The notes beneath the pieces were generated by a model. That model was not told where the DNA came from. It saw only the letters and a program-made list of their open reading frames with translations, and searched no databases. From positions 1-64,000 of the IMG/VR virus record IMGVR_UViG_3300022752_000030: a DNA stretch of 64,000 nt; one strand, 5' to 3'. A program made the position numbers and the translations under genes. The first letter of the stretch is position 1. The number at the start of each line of letters is the position of its first letter. Origin of the DNA: a virus. Positions 10,102 to 19,108 of this stretch are shown here, piece after piece.

Positions 10102-10521
10102 TTAGTTCATCAGCCTTGAAATTGTATCAAATTTAATATGAGAAATCAACCATGAAGCAACAATTATACCACCCGCAACCATCCATTTCCATTTCAATAT
10201 CTCATCGAAAGATTCTTTTTCTTTCTTGTTGTGTTCAGACATTTCTTTGCGGAGAGCTTTTAACTCATCCAAAAGTCTCAACTCGGAAATTTGTAGTTTA
10301 TCCAAGACCGTATCGATACGGTCATGGATTTCTTTAATGTCAGCTTCAGTTTCTATTCTTCTGCGATCCATGTCCGTATATACTTTAGCTATGTGTCGGT
10401 CGTGTTGATCCACCAATTTCTCGATTACTTTGTCCATTTTATCACAAAGTAAGCAAAGAGTGTTGACTTGTTGTTTTAACACACCAACATCCACTTGTAT
10501 ATTAACGTTATCTTCAGCCAT
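10102..10521 (-). CDS. Coiled-coil protein with C-terminal TM helix
   Basis: Heptad-rich body; WKWMVAGGIIVASWLI. Confidence 0.65.
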   Translation of the reverse strand: MAEDNVNIQVDVGVLKQQVNTLCLLCDKMDKVIEKLVDQHDRHIAKVYTDMDRRRIETEADIKEIHDRIDTVLDKLQISELRLLDELKALRKEMSEHNKKEKESFDEILKWKWMVAGGIIVASWLISHIKFDTISRLMN

Positions 10522-10718
10522 TATTTTTTCTTTTCTGGTACAGGAGTACCTTCCAATTTCTTATGAACTTTAATTGTTTTACACTTTTGTTTTTCTTTAC
10601 CCGATTTAGGATCTTTTACGGTTTCACAAACTTCTTTAGTTTGCGCTTCTGCGTGTACTAAATTATTTAGTGAAAACAAACCTACTGCAATTATAGTTGT
10701 TAATATTAATTTTTTCAT
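10521..10718 (-). CDS. Small exported protein with one Cys pair
   Basis: Signal peptide MKKLILTTIIAVGL...VHA; C..C; basic tail. Confidence 0.6.
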   Translation of the reverse strand: MKKLILTTIIAVGLFSLNNLVHAEAQTKEVCETVKDPKSGKEKQKCKTIKVHKKLEGTPVPEKKK

Positions 10719-10719
10719 T

Positions 10720-11538
10720 TCAATCCTCCGATGAATTATTTCCACACTTTGTTCTTTTTGCTTGAGTTAATTTGCCATAATCAACCACCCATTCTTGTCC
10801 TGGTTGAATTTCCTTAGCATTTTTAGGAAAAGAAAATTTCACACCAGACAATTCTTGTATCTGTGATATCGGCAATCGAAATTTTGTTAGGTCGTTTCCT
10901 AGATTTGGATAAGGAGGCGTATGAGGAAATAACCAACCAGCAGACATGCCTGTTGTATTATCTATTACAATTTTATAAAATGCATGAGGTACGACAACTC
11001 CGTTACCAATTTTTTTATCTTGCGAATTATAAACTCCACCAACATATATTGTAAATGGTCTATTTAATTGCACAGACCAACCACGAATAGAAGTTTCAAG
11101 TAATTTCCATATTCCTCGATTAAGACTTCCTGCTTGTGGACTCATATTTGTCATAAGAAATGATTCATATTCAACTTGTTGGTCCCAACTCAAATCACCA
11201 TCCGGTGCCATATGACCCTTATCATATCCTGTTCCTGAATAATCTTGTGGAGTAGCACCACCAACAATTGATTGATCAGTAGCAAATGCATTGGTTCGAA
11301 CAACACATCCCAATGCATTTTGTGGCACTAACGTATATGTCACAAATTTTGGTATCTTTGATACTGCATCATAACCAACCAAATATGCTTGGCGACAAAT
11401 TGCTGACGCTCCACTTGTTTGTGGAAATCCATAAGGACTGTGTACTTGACAAGCCTGTAATTGTTCAGGCTGTCTTTGCGTCCAACCAAAGCATATTGTA
11501 GAAAATATTAAAGATACTATGAATAATGTTTTTTTCAT
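10720..11538 (-). CDS. Exported DNA/RNA non-specific endonuclease (NucA/EndoG family)
   Basis: Signal peptide; YDKGHMAP, MTNMSPQ, NRGIWKLLE, VPHAFYK. Confidence 0.92.
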   Translation of the reverse strand: MKKTLFIVSLIFSTICFGWTQRQPEQLQACQVHSPYGFPQTSGASAICRQAYLVGYDAVSKIPKFVTYTLVPQNALGCVVRTNAFATDQSIVGGATPQDYSGTGYDKGHMAPDGDLSWDQQVEYESFLMTNMSPQAGSLNRGIWKLLETSIRGWSVQLNRPFTIYVGGVYNSQDKKIGNGVVVPHAFYKIVIDNTTGMSAGWLFPHTPPYPNLGNDLTKFRLPISQIQELSGVKFSFPKNAKEIQPGQEWVVDYGKLTQAKRTKCGNNSSED

Positions 11539-11539
11539 T

Positions 11540-11980
11540 TTAAATTGCTGGTTGTTGTACTTGTGGTGGTGCAGCTTTTCCACCAAAACCTGTCATGACT
11601 TGTGGTGGCGTAGAATCAAATGCATTTTGTGTATTTAGTGGTGTGCTACCAAAACTATTTGGTGTTGCTGGTAGAGGTGCAGAAACAACTTGCGGTGTAA
11701 CAGGAGTTGGAGTGTTTACTGCTGCACCTGCAATTTTTTCTTGTGTTCGACCAAAAGCAGCAATACCCAAAACAGCACCCATTGCCACGTGGAATAAACC
11801 AGCGCCTTGTAGTGTTAATGGTTGCCATTGTGATACCGGTTGATTTGTTAGAGTTTGTAATATACTCCACAAAATAGGAAATATTCCCATATCTAAAGTA
11901 CAAATTCCCATATACATCCAACCCATTGCTGGACGCCACTTCTTTTGCATCCAATCCTCTTGCGTTTTAACTTCAGACAT
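11540..11980 (-). CDS. Putative 3TM holin (GTA-holin-like)
   Basis: WRPAMGW, TM helices, LG...GRTQEK signature. Confidence 0.7.
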   Translation of the reverse strand: MSEVKTQEDWMQKKWRPAMGWMYMGICTLDMGIFPILWSILQTLTNQPVSQWQPLTLQGAGLFHVAMGAVLGIAAFGRTQEKIAGAAVNTPTPVTPQVVSAPLPATPNSFGSTPLNTQNAFDSTPPQVMTGFGGKAAPPQVQQPAI

Positions 11981-11990
11981 TTTATTTCCT

Positions 11991-12539
11991 TTATAATGTT
12001 ATAGGTAACCACAACCAAATTGCTTGAGACATTAATAATGCACCAATCGATCCAACAAATAAACTTGCATGATATAATCTATTATTTACAGCCAAGATAC
12101 TAGCTGTTAACAACACAATTGCAATTTGAAATAAACTTCCAGCATATGTATACCAAGGACTACGTGATTTCGCAACAGACCTTTCACTTTCCAATTTTCG
12201 AGCTTTAGCCATTAATTCTTTTTTACCCTCACCGGTTTCAGGTTCAGAATCATATCTTTGAATTTTTGCTTTTAAGTCTAATGCTTTTTTTGTATCGTTT
12301 GCACGAACAGCATCATCGTAAGCCATTTCAGCTAATGTACCTTTGATACTTTTAGCTTGGTAAAAAGCCCAAGTATTATTAGCTTCAATGGTATTGTTTA
12401 ACACTTTACTCGAATTACTTCCACCCATCAACGTATTGATTGCAAGTAGAGCAGCAAGAACAGTAATTACCCATCCTGCTTTATCTTTGATAAGTGCTTC
12501 TCTCTCTGAACGAGACAATGGTTTTTTTATTTCACTCAT
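11991..12539 (-). CDS. DUF4337-like membrane protein
   Basis: TM, WAFYQAKSIK motif, LFQIAIVL and second TM. Confidence 0.7.
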   Translation of the reverse strand: MSEIKKPLSRSEREALIKDKAGWVITVLAALLAINTLMGGSNSSKVLNNTIEANNTWAFYQAKSIKGTLAEMAYDDAVRANDTKKALDLKAKIQRYDSEPETGEGKKELMAKARKLESERSVAKSRSPWYTYAGSLFQIAIVLLTASILAVNNRLYHASLFVGSIGALLMSQAIWLWLPITL

Positions 12540-12690
12540 TTTTTTCCTTTTGAATAATTTCATCTTTATGTTTAACAATCTCAACTTTAGGCTTTTGAAA
12601 ATTCTTATCTATTTCGCCTGTAATTTTACTTGCACTCCACCATCCAATGGCTGTAAAGAATCCGATAAGAAAAGCAACTGAAACATCCAT
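12532..12690 (-). CDS. Small membrane-anchored protein (52 aa)
   Basis: Manual ORF MDVSVAFLIGFFTAIGWWSASK...; overlaps next start. Confidence 0.55.
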   Translation of the reverse strand: MDVSVAFLIGFFTAIGWWSASKITGEIDKNFQKPKVEIVKHKDEIIQKEKNE

Positions 12691-12691
12691 T

Positions 12692-13291
12692 TTATTTTGC
12701 TAATGGATTATCCATTGCCTTTTGAATTTTAGTATCAACTTCTTTTTTCAATTGTTCAACTTCACGACCAATTTCTCTACGTGCTTGATTCATTTCAGTA
12801 TTAATTTCTTTACGTGTTTTTTCCATTTCATTACGAATGTTCGCAGCTTCTGTTCTTGCTTTTTCCAAATCCTCACGAACATCTTTACGCATACCACGCA
12901 TTTCGGATTCAGTTTCACGTTGAGCTTGTTTAACACTACGCTCAATTTGTTCTGTAACAGATTCGTTGCGGCGAATATCACCCTTTAAATCATTTTTGAT
13001 ATCACGCGTATAGTCTGTTGTTTTTGCAGAATTTTCTTCAATCACAGCCAAGCGTTTATCAAACTCACTTAAATCTGGTGCGACATATTTTTGAATCTTA
13101 GCTTTCATGCTCATATAATCTTGATAAAACTCAAATGCACCCCACAATGTACCACCAAGTGCTGACAATAAAGGAATTGCCATAGCAATCATTGTGTTAT
13201 TTAATTTGAGCTTAAATCCACCAAGAGAAACTTCATAAGATTCTTTCTTAGGTGTATTTTCTACGATGTTTTCTAATTTATTTTCCGACAT
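12692..13291 (-). CDS. Membrane-anchored coiled-coil protein
   Basis: One TM (IAMAIPLLSALGGTLWG), long coiled coil, ends MDNPLAK. Confidence 0.7.
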   Translation of the reverse strand: MSENKLENIVENTPKKESYEVSLGGFKLKLNNTMIAMAIPLLSALGGTLWGAFEFYQDYMSMKAKIQKYVAPDLSEFDKRLAVIEENSAKTTDYTRDIKNDLKGDIRRNESVTEQIERSVKQAQRETESEMRGMRKDVREDLEKARTEAANIRNEMEKTRKEINTEMNQARREIGREVEQLKKEVDTKIQKAMDNPLAK

Positions 13292-15085
13292 TTATTTCCC
13301 CTTGTTGTATTGTGAATCTACCATTTCGGCATGTAATCTATCTGTTGGTCCAAATAGTCCTCTACCTAATCTCACATTATCAACATTTTGTTGTTTATCA
13401 TAAACCGAATATTCTTTATACATAACTCCACCAGGTAAAAAACTTCTAGCATAATTATCGAATCCCGGTGTATATCCCATTGCTTGAATTACTACATTTT
13501 GTACCGCAACTTGTTGTTCCATACTCTCAGCTTTACCCATTTCATTTGCTGAGTTTTTACCTTTCTGTGCAGCTTCTGCTCTTGCAGTCTCCATTCTTCT
13601 TTCAGCTAATTCCTGTCTTGCTGTTTTTGGTTGTTCTTTTTTATCTTGTTGATTATTAGCAGTTTGACTTTGTTGGTTGTTTGTATCTTTTTTGTCTTCA
13701 ACTTTTTGTTCTTGACGTTGTGTATTTGTGTTAGCTAATTGTTGTGTTTGTGGAGGTTGAGGAGCAATATTAACAGGAGCAACAGGGTTGTTAGGTGTAA
13801 CTGATGTTGTTCTGGATGCAATTGCGTTATCGATTGTGGTATTTCCTGTCGTTGACACTCCAGTTGATACCGTACCATCATTGTTAACTGTAGTTGAAGC
13901 CGTGGCTGTTGAAACTATAGTATTTACTGGATCGTTTGCTCTTGTCGCCGCAGTAGATGAAAGTGAAGAATTTACCGCAGTTGTTACTGAAGAATTCAAA
14001 GGAACCAAATATTTTATGGCATATGCTGTGGAATATCCTGAACACTCTTTGCTGTACAAAGAATCTTTTAGACACTGATCATTTAAATAGGCTTGTGCAT
14101 AACCCGGACAATCAGTTGCATATAATGGATTTAAACTACATTGTTGTGCTTTATAAGCAGCACCATAACCGTTGCATGTTGTAGAATATAAAGGATTTAA
14201 TGAACATTGTTGATTTAAATATGCAGTTGCATAACCAGGACAAGATTCATTATATAACGTGTTTATACTACATTGTTGATTTAAATATGCTTGAGCGTAA
14301 CCAGGACATACTGGATTGTATAATGCACTTATTAAACATTGTTGTGTTGTATAGGCTGATACATAACCTGGACATGTCGGAGAAGATAATGGATTTATTA
14401 TACACATATCAACTACACCAACGCCGGTACTAAGTTGATTGAGTCCTGGCATGTTAATACCCGATCCACTATAATAATTTTGAGTAAATTCACCTTTCGA
14501 TGAATCGCCTATTGTACCAATAGTTACAGGATGTGCTGTTACTAAAGCACCTGCCCATCTCATATCAATACCACCAGTCGAATCAATTTTTAACTCAAAA
14601 CTGTTATTGTTTGATGTTCCATATTCTTGAACGCCATACCATCCATACGTCATTGTATTGTTTGTGCCTAATGTGTAATGATTTCTTCCTGCTGTTCCAC
14701 CAATCAAATCAGTCCAAAGAGGCATAATAGAATAGTTGTACTGCGGTCCTAGTGTCGTCACAGATAATGGCAATCCCTGACAACAAAAACTGCCATTAGA
14801 ACCTGAACGATTTGCACCAAACTGTACTGCACCATTACTGTACATTACGGAATCAGTAAATGATTGTCCATAAAATGGAAATAAAAAAGGCAGAGGTACA
14901 TTTGCCCAACCGTCGTCACCTAAGTTATACGCAGTTGCTGCTGGATTATTTTTTATTTCCTGTAATGGTTGAGGATTAGCCATTACACTCAGCGACAATG
15001 GACTGCCGGGTATAGGAAGTGAAATAATTTGTGCATTAACAATAGATGACACAAACAAAAAACATGCCAAAAATAATTTAGTCAT
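13292..15085 (-). CDS. Exported protein: NIDO-like domain, six Cys-pair repeats, low-complexity linker, helical C-terminus
   Basis: Signal peptide; DDG..VPLPFLFPFYGQSF..YSNG..IMPLWTDL resembles NIDO; QQCxxNPLYxxxCPGY repeats. Confidence 0.75.
   Translation of the reverse strand: MTKLFLACFLFVSSIVNAQIISLPIPGSPLSLSVMANPQPLQEIKNNPAATAYNLGDDGWANVPLPFLFPFYGQSFTDSVMYSNGAVQFGANRSGSNGSFCCQGLPLSVTTLGPQYNYSIMPLWTDLIGGTAGRNHYTLGTNNTMTYGWYGVQEYGTSNNNSFELKIDSTGGIDMRWAGALVTAHPVTIGTIGDSSKGEFTQNYYSGSGINMPGLNQLSTGVGVVDMCIINPLSSPTCPGYVSAYTTQQCLISALYNPVCPGYAQAYLNQQCSINTLYNESCPGYATAYLNQQCSLNPLYSTTCNGYGAAYKAQQCSLNPLYATDCPGYAQAYLNDQCLKDSLYSKECSGYSTAYAIKYLVPLNSSVTTAVNSSLSSTAATRANDPVNTIVSTATASTTVNNDGTVSTGVSTTGNTTIDNAIASRTTSVTPNNPVAPVNIAPQPPQTQQLANTNTQRQEQKVEDKKDTNNQQSQTANNQQDKKEQPKTARQELAERRMETARAEAAQKGKNSANEMGKAESMEQQVAVQNVVIQAMGYTPGFDNYARSFLPGGVMYKEYSVYDKQQNVDNVRLGRGLFGPTDRLHAEMVDSQYNKGK
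14018..14413 (-). repeat. Six tandem 66-bp (22-aa) Cys-pair repeats
   Basis: xQQCSLNPLYxxxCPGYAxAYL x6 in translation. Confidence 0.9.
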
Positions 15086-15088
15086 TTT

Positions 15089-15577
15089 TTATTTTTTCGT
15101 TGGCATACGATTAGGATTTTGTTCCCAAATTTCTTTTGCTTGTTCGCCGATTTTACCGTCGATAGGACATGGAGTTCCTGCCATCATCATTGCATCAAAC
15201 ACTCTACGATCTTGACACATAGTTGCAACAGCAGCAACTTTCATACCCATATCATAGAGAGTCTTGGAAAGTTTTAATCTTTCGCAATTCAAATCGACTG
15301 TTGTTGCACCAACAGAGATGCCGAAAATCTGTGTTTGAACTGCACCGGATGCTCCGACAATACACAAATCGTTGTTGATACTTGTGATTGTAGGTGCAAC
15401 TGCGGTCGGTGGAGGAGATTTTACGGTTGTCGTAGAAGTTGAATCGCTATAACTTCTAGAGGTTGAATCTGTTACGATTGGATCAGTAGCATACACATTG
15501 AAACAAGAAAAAAGTAAAATTCCTGTAACAATTTTTGACAATGCACCTACACTTTTTTTATTTGTATGATTTTTCAT
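15089..15577 (-). CDS. Exported Cys-containing protein
   Basis: Signal peptide; SPPPTAVAP, DLC, NCERLKLSKTLYDMGMKVAAVATMCQD, GTPCP. Confidence 0.7.
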   Translation of the reverse strand: MKNHTNKKSVGALSKIVTGILLFSCFNVYATDPIVTDSTSRSYSDSTSTTTVKSPPPTAVAPTITSINNDLCIVGASGAVQTQIFGISVGATTVDLNCERLKLSKTLYDMGMKVAAVATMCQDRRVFDAMMMAGTPCPIDGKIGEQAKEIWEQNPNRMPTKK

Positions 15578-15640
15578 GTTGTTCCTTAATTAAGTTAAAT
15601 AACAAAATCACGAAAACAACACAAAACAATACTCAAATAT

Positions 15641-15648
15641 TATTTATG
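15641..15648 (-). promoter_or_regulatory. T4-like late promoter (CATAAATA)
   Basis: TAAATA core in the gap upstream of the 15577 start. Confidence 0.55.
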
Positions 15649-15679
15649 TTTTATCTTTATTAAATTTTTATGAACACAT

Positions 15680-16297
15680 TTAGTGTTGTAATACTTCTAA
15701 TGCATGTTGATAGTGTTTTTTCCTATCCTCTAGGCCTAATGTTCCACCGTTAATCGCTTTAGTTAATCCTAAAATATCACCCACATCAGCAAATCTATTT
15801 AGATTATTATTTTCCCAAAACCAACAAGCGGATTGTGCAGCACCTTCAAAAGTTGCAAGATAATCAGGAACATCTTCGACATCCATTTCTAAACTATCAG
15901 CAAAAGCCTTATAGTTGGATTTACCAGTCAACTGAATCAATCCTCTGCCGCAATATTTCCAACCATCACCACTATGCTCATCACCGTTACCCATACGACC
16001 ACCATAAGCTCTGTTCGCAATCATTTCCGGTTTGTGTGCATAAGCTTTTGCAATTTCTATATTTGGAAAATAACGTGGCCAAACACGCATTAATGATTCT
16101 GCTTTATAATTTAAATTTTCTTGTAGTATGGAAAATCCAGCAGACTCATGTGAACATTGTGCGATAAAGGCAGCAATCCGTTGCGGAGTGTTTATCTCAT
16201 AATCTGGAAGTAATTGAGATAAAGCTTCATGCCAATGACCAACATACGGATTCTTAGGTAACAATTGTTTAAGTTGGTTCAATGTTAATTCTGTCAT
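15680..16297 (-). CDS. Glycoside hydrolase family 19 endolysin
   Basis: AAFIAQCSHES, ENLNY, GRGLIQLTGKSNY, INGGTLGLEDR. Confidence 0.92.
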   Translation of the reverse strand: MTELTLNQLKQLLPKNPYVGHWHEALSQLLPDYEINTPQRIAAFIAQCSHESAGFSILQENLNYKAESLMRVWPRYFPNIEIAKAYAHKPEMIANRAYGGRMGNGDEHSGDGWKYCGRGLIQLTGKSNYKAFADSLEMDVEDVPDYLATFEGAAQSACWFWENNNLNRFADVGDILGLTKAINGGTLGLEDRKKHYQHALEVLQH

Positions 16298-16560
16298 TTT
16301 ATTCCCTCAAAAATTCGTTTTTGTATTTCGTACCATTCAATCCATGCATCATTTTTGATTGCACACTCATAGTATGTTGTGTAGTTAATTGTTATAGTTT
16401 TTGCAACATCACTCAATTTAGATTCATCTTTGAGTAATTCTAAATTTGGGCATTTTTCAGTTATATTTTTTGGTGCTTCTGGAAATTTGGCAGTAACAGG
16501 AACAGTAGTGGAACAACCACTTATAAACAAAATTAAAATGCAAGAATATATAGTTTTCAT
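16294..16560 (-). CDS. o-spanin (Rz1-like lipoprotein)
   Basis: Lipobox FISG-C, Pro-rich segment, Cys residues; adjacent to endolysin. Confidence 0.75.
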   Translation of the reverse strand: MKTIYSCILILFISGCSTTVPVTAKFPEAPKNITEKCPNLELLKDESKLSDVAKTITINYTTYYECAIKNDAWIEWYEIQKRIFEGIK

Positions 16561-16976
16561 TATTCACCTTTGGCTGCATCGTTGTGTGCTTTAATAAATT
16601 CTTTAGGTATTACACAAGAATTATCATATTTCACAATTTCTTTATCAACATATCGAATTACTTCTTCGCCTTTTTCTTTTACAATTTTATTTTTTGTTAC
16701 AACTTTTTCTACAATTTTTACATTTTGTTTTGAAGATTCTTCTTGGGATTTTGCAACTTTTTCTTCCATTTCTTTCACACGTTCGACCCATGCTCTATTG
16801 TTGTATAATGCACCAGAAATAAAAAGACCAAAAAAAAGTGCAAGTGATGATACACCTTGCACCAAATATTTTAGTTGTGTCGGTATAAAATTGGAAATAA
16901 TTAATCCAACTATGCTTAAACCCGTGATTATTGTTATGTAGAGTGTCCAATCAGGAAGAAAGTTTATTATCCACAT
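16560..16976 (-). CDS. i-spanin (Rz-like)
   Basis: N-terminal TMs, coiled coil, C-terminal C-x-IP...HNDAA; directly upstream of o-spanin. Confidence 0.72.
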   Translation of the reverse strand: MWIINFLPDWTLYITIITGLSIVGLIISNFIPTQLKYLVQGVSSLALFFGLFISGALYNNRAWVERVKEMEEKVAKSQEESSKQNVKIVEKVVTKNKIVKEKGEEVIRYVDKEIVKYDNSCVIPKEFIKAHNDAAKGE

Positions 16977-17190
16977 TTTTTATTTCTATCCAGTTATTAT
17001 AAATTTTATGACGACTATAACTTTTAGTTTTTATTTCAAGTTCTTTAAAATGATCATTGATATACTTCGCTAAGCTTTCATCATCTATTCCATGGACTTT
17101 TATGAATAAAATTTCAGGAGTTATTTTAACTCCCATAGGTACACCAAAATTCTCTTTTATCAATTTAACAATATCCAGATATCTCGTCAC
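16951..17190 (-). CDS. Hypothetical protein
   Basis: ORF track; overlaps both neighbours. Confidence 0.5.
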   Translation of the reverse strand: MTRYLDIVKLIKENFGVPMGVKITPEILFIKVHGIDDESLAKYINDHFKELEIKTKSYSRHKIYNNWIEIKNVDNKLSS

Positions 17191-17555
17191 TTTGGCAATT
17201 TCCTACTTCCCATTGGCACCATAATTGGATTATATCTTTTTTTCTTTCTAGGATGGACACCAGGTTCACCACCTTTTCCTCCAGTCCCTGCAATTGCACC
17301 CGAACCCACGACATTTGCAGGTCCTGCAACAGCAGCTGCACCATCTTCTTGAACAGCTTCTTCTGAAGTGGATCTCCAACCGCCACCCATTGATTTATAT
17401 TTTTTAGATGCCCAAGCATTAGCATAAGCGGAAGGATAAACAGCAAATTTAGATTTAGCTGCAGCTTTAGCACGAGCCCACTTTTCAGGTTGTGTAGGCT
17501 TATTCTTTTCATCTAAGATTTCGGCTTCATTTATAAATTCAATGAATGTTTTCAT
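17187..17555 (-). CDS. Putative internal head protein (capsid-targeting N-terminus)
   Basis: MKTFIEFINE; basic YPSAYANAW...GGGWR domain. Confidence 0.65.
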   Translation of the reverse strand: MKTFIEFINEAEILDEKNKPTQPEKWARAKAAAKSKFAVYPSAYANAWASKKYKSMGGGWRSTSEEAVQEDGAAAVAGPANVVGSGAIAGTGGKGGEPGVHPRKKKRYNPIMVPMGSRKLPK

Positions 17556-18056
17556 TTATTTTGTCCTAACATTTATTGCTTTGCCACGGCGTTCTGGATT
17601 TGGATCTTCACGGCGTTTTCTTTGTGCTGCTTTTGCTCTACCTTCTTTACCTAAAGCTTGTGCTTTGGCCTGAGGTAAGCACTTTGGTTTACCTTCTCCT
17701 GGTTCTCTAGCACAATCTCCTTTGATATTGCCCTTTGTGTCCATTCGAACCCATTTTTGTTTAAACCATTGTCTTAAATCTTCATTAATCCAATCATCTG
17801 GAGTTTTTCCATGTTTAGATTTAAAATCATTGTGTAACTCTTTGCCTGTTATTCCGTGGTCTTTAGATATTTTCATCATCAACTTATCGATTGTGTCATA
17901 GTCATGACTATCTAATTGTTTTAAACCATCTTCTAATTCTTTTACATGATCTTCTTTTCTACAACTACCAGCAGTATATGCTGGTTTACCAGGAACTGGT
18001 TTAAATCCTGACCAACATCTGCCCTTTTCGTTGATAAAAGACTTAAAAGATTTCAT
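17556..18056 (-). CDS. Putative internal head protein (capsid-targeting N-terminus)
   Basis: MKSFKSFINE; CWSG..GSC module; EDLRQWFKQKWV..KPKCLP basic module. Confidence 0.65.
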   Translation of the reverse strand: MKSFKSFINEKGRCWSGFKPVPGKPAYTAGSCRKEDHVKELEDGLKQLDSHDYDTIDKLMMKISKDHGITGKELHNDFKSKHGKTPDDWINEDLRQWFKQKWVRMDTKGNIKGDCAREPGEGKPKCLPQAKAQALGKEGRAKAAQRKRREDPNPERRGKAINVRTK

Positions 18057-18439
18057 ATGTTTAGTAATATCTGTGCGACTTTGGGATCTAATGCTATATC
18101 AGATGAATATATTGTTTTTCCATTAATACCCTTAACTTCATCGGGCATTATTCTTAAAAAATCTAAAAACGTTTTCAATATATCATAATCACGTTCGTCA
18201 ATTTTATAGAATAATATTCTTGATGTCGGTTCAGCTCCAAAAACATTATTCAATAAAATAATGTGATTCAATATCAGGCGTTCTTTAAGATAACCTGTTG
18301 TTTTATATCTACGAAATAAACGCTTTAAATATTTCGTGCGTTTAATGTCACCTTCAAATTCGGACATTATACAATGCGGTGATGTGTAGCATTTCATAGC
18401 GTACATCACGAAATTATCTTCATTCAATTCATCAAACAT
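18053..18439 (-). CDS. Conserved hypothetical protein of T4-like phages
   Basis: FDELNEDNF..YAMK.Y..P.C...EF..D..R.KYLKRL..ERLILNH. Confidence 0.7.
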   Translation of the reverse strand: MFDELNEDNFVMYAMKCYTSPHCIMSEFEGDIKRTKYLKRLFRRYKTTGYLKERLILNHIILLNNVFGAEPTSRILFYKIDERDYDILKTFLDFLRIMPDEVKGINGKTIYSSDIALDPKVAQILLNI

Positions 18440-18450
18440 AGTAACAGAAT

Positions 18451-18468
18451 GGGCACCAAAAGGTGCCC
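18451..18468. terminator. Hairpin GGGCACC-aaaa-GGTGCCC, probable terminator or processing site
   Basis: Perfect 7-bp GC-rich stem in intergenic gap. Confidence 0.55.
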
Positions 18469-18476
18469 CCTTTTAA

Positions 18477-19064
18477 TTAAACACCAGCGTAATATGTTTG
18501 TATATTGCTTGTATTACCAGACAATGTATTTGCTGCTGTGGGATTAGCTAATGTAACCAAAACTTCTGTTTGTACACGACCAGAGCGGCCGCCAGTACCT
18601 GTTGTCACATAAACCCAGCCTTGGTGTGCAGTAGCGTGATTGGTTGCATCACCAAATGTTGCATTTGCAAGTCTTGTACCAGTAACTAAAACTGTATCTT
18701 GATTATAAGTGCTTGATCTTTCGCCGGCTGGATAAGATATAGGCGTATCGAATTCCAACACAGTTCCGGAAGGAACACTTGCCAAAATATTTTGAGAAAG
18801 TACTACTGTATTAGCAGTAACACTTGCAACAGTTGTATTTGATTTAAAGAAACCTGGTTCACCACTTGTACCAACATTTAGTGCAACAACTGACATACCA
18901 GCAACAATTGCTGAATTTGAAACATCGGTGCTTGTACCAAAATACAAAGTATTTCCACTTGCAACGGTATTTCCTGTTGCGAGTGTTGTTGTAAAGCGAA
19001 CTTGTCTTTCTTTTGACCAATGTGGCTTATCGTAAATTGAATCTGTATTACCCCAAGATGGCAT
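18477..19064 (-). CDS. Putative virion structural protein
   Basis: MPSWG start; Thr/Gly/Ser-rich; HQGWV...GR...EVLV; late promoter GATAAATA near 19099-19107. Confidence 0.6.
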   Translation of the reverse strand: MPSWGNTDSIYDKPHWSKERQVRFTTTLATGNTVASGNTLYFGTSTDVSNSAIVAGMSVVALNVGTSGEPGFFKSNTTVASVTANTVVLSQNILASVPSGTVLEFDTPISYPAGERSSTYNQDTVLVTGTRLANATFGDATNHATAHQGWVYVTTGTGGRSGRVQTEVLVTLANPTAANTLSGNTSNIQTYYAGV

Positions 19065-19108
19065 GTTATTCTCCTTTTAACCGTGTGGGTTTGTTACCTA
19101 TTTATCTA

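Noticed and set aside
14018-14413. 66-bp periodicity as a CRISPR array
   Set aside because: Units are in-frame protein repeats with synonymous divergence, with no constant repeat/unique spacer pattern and no cas genes
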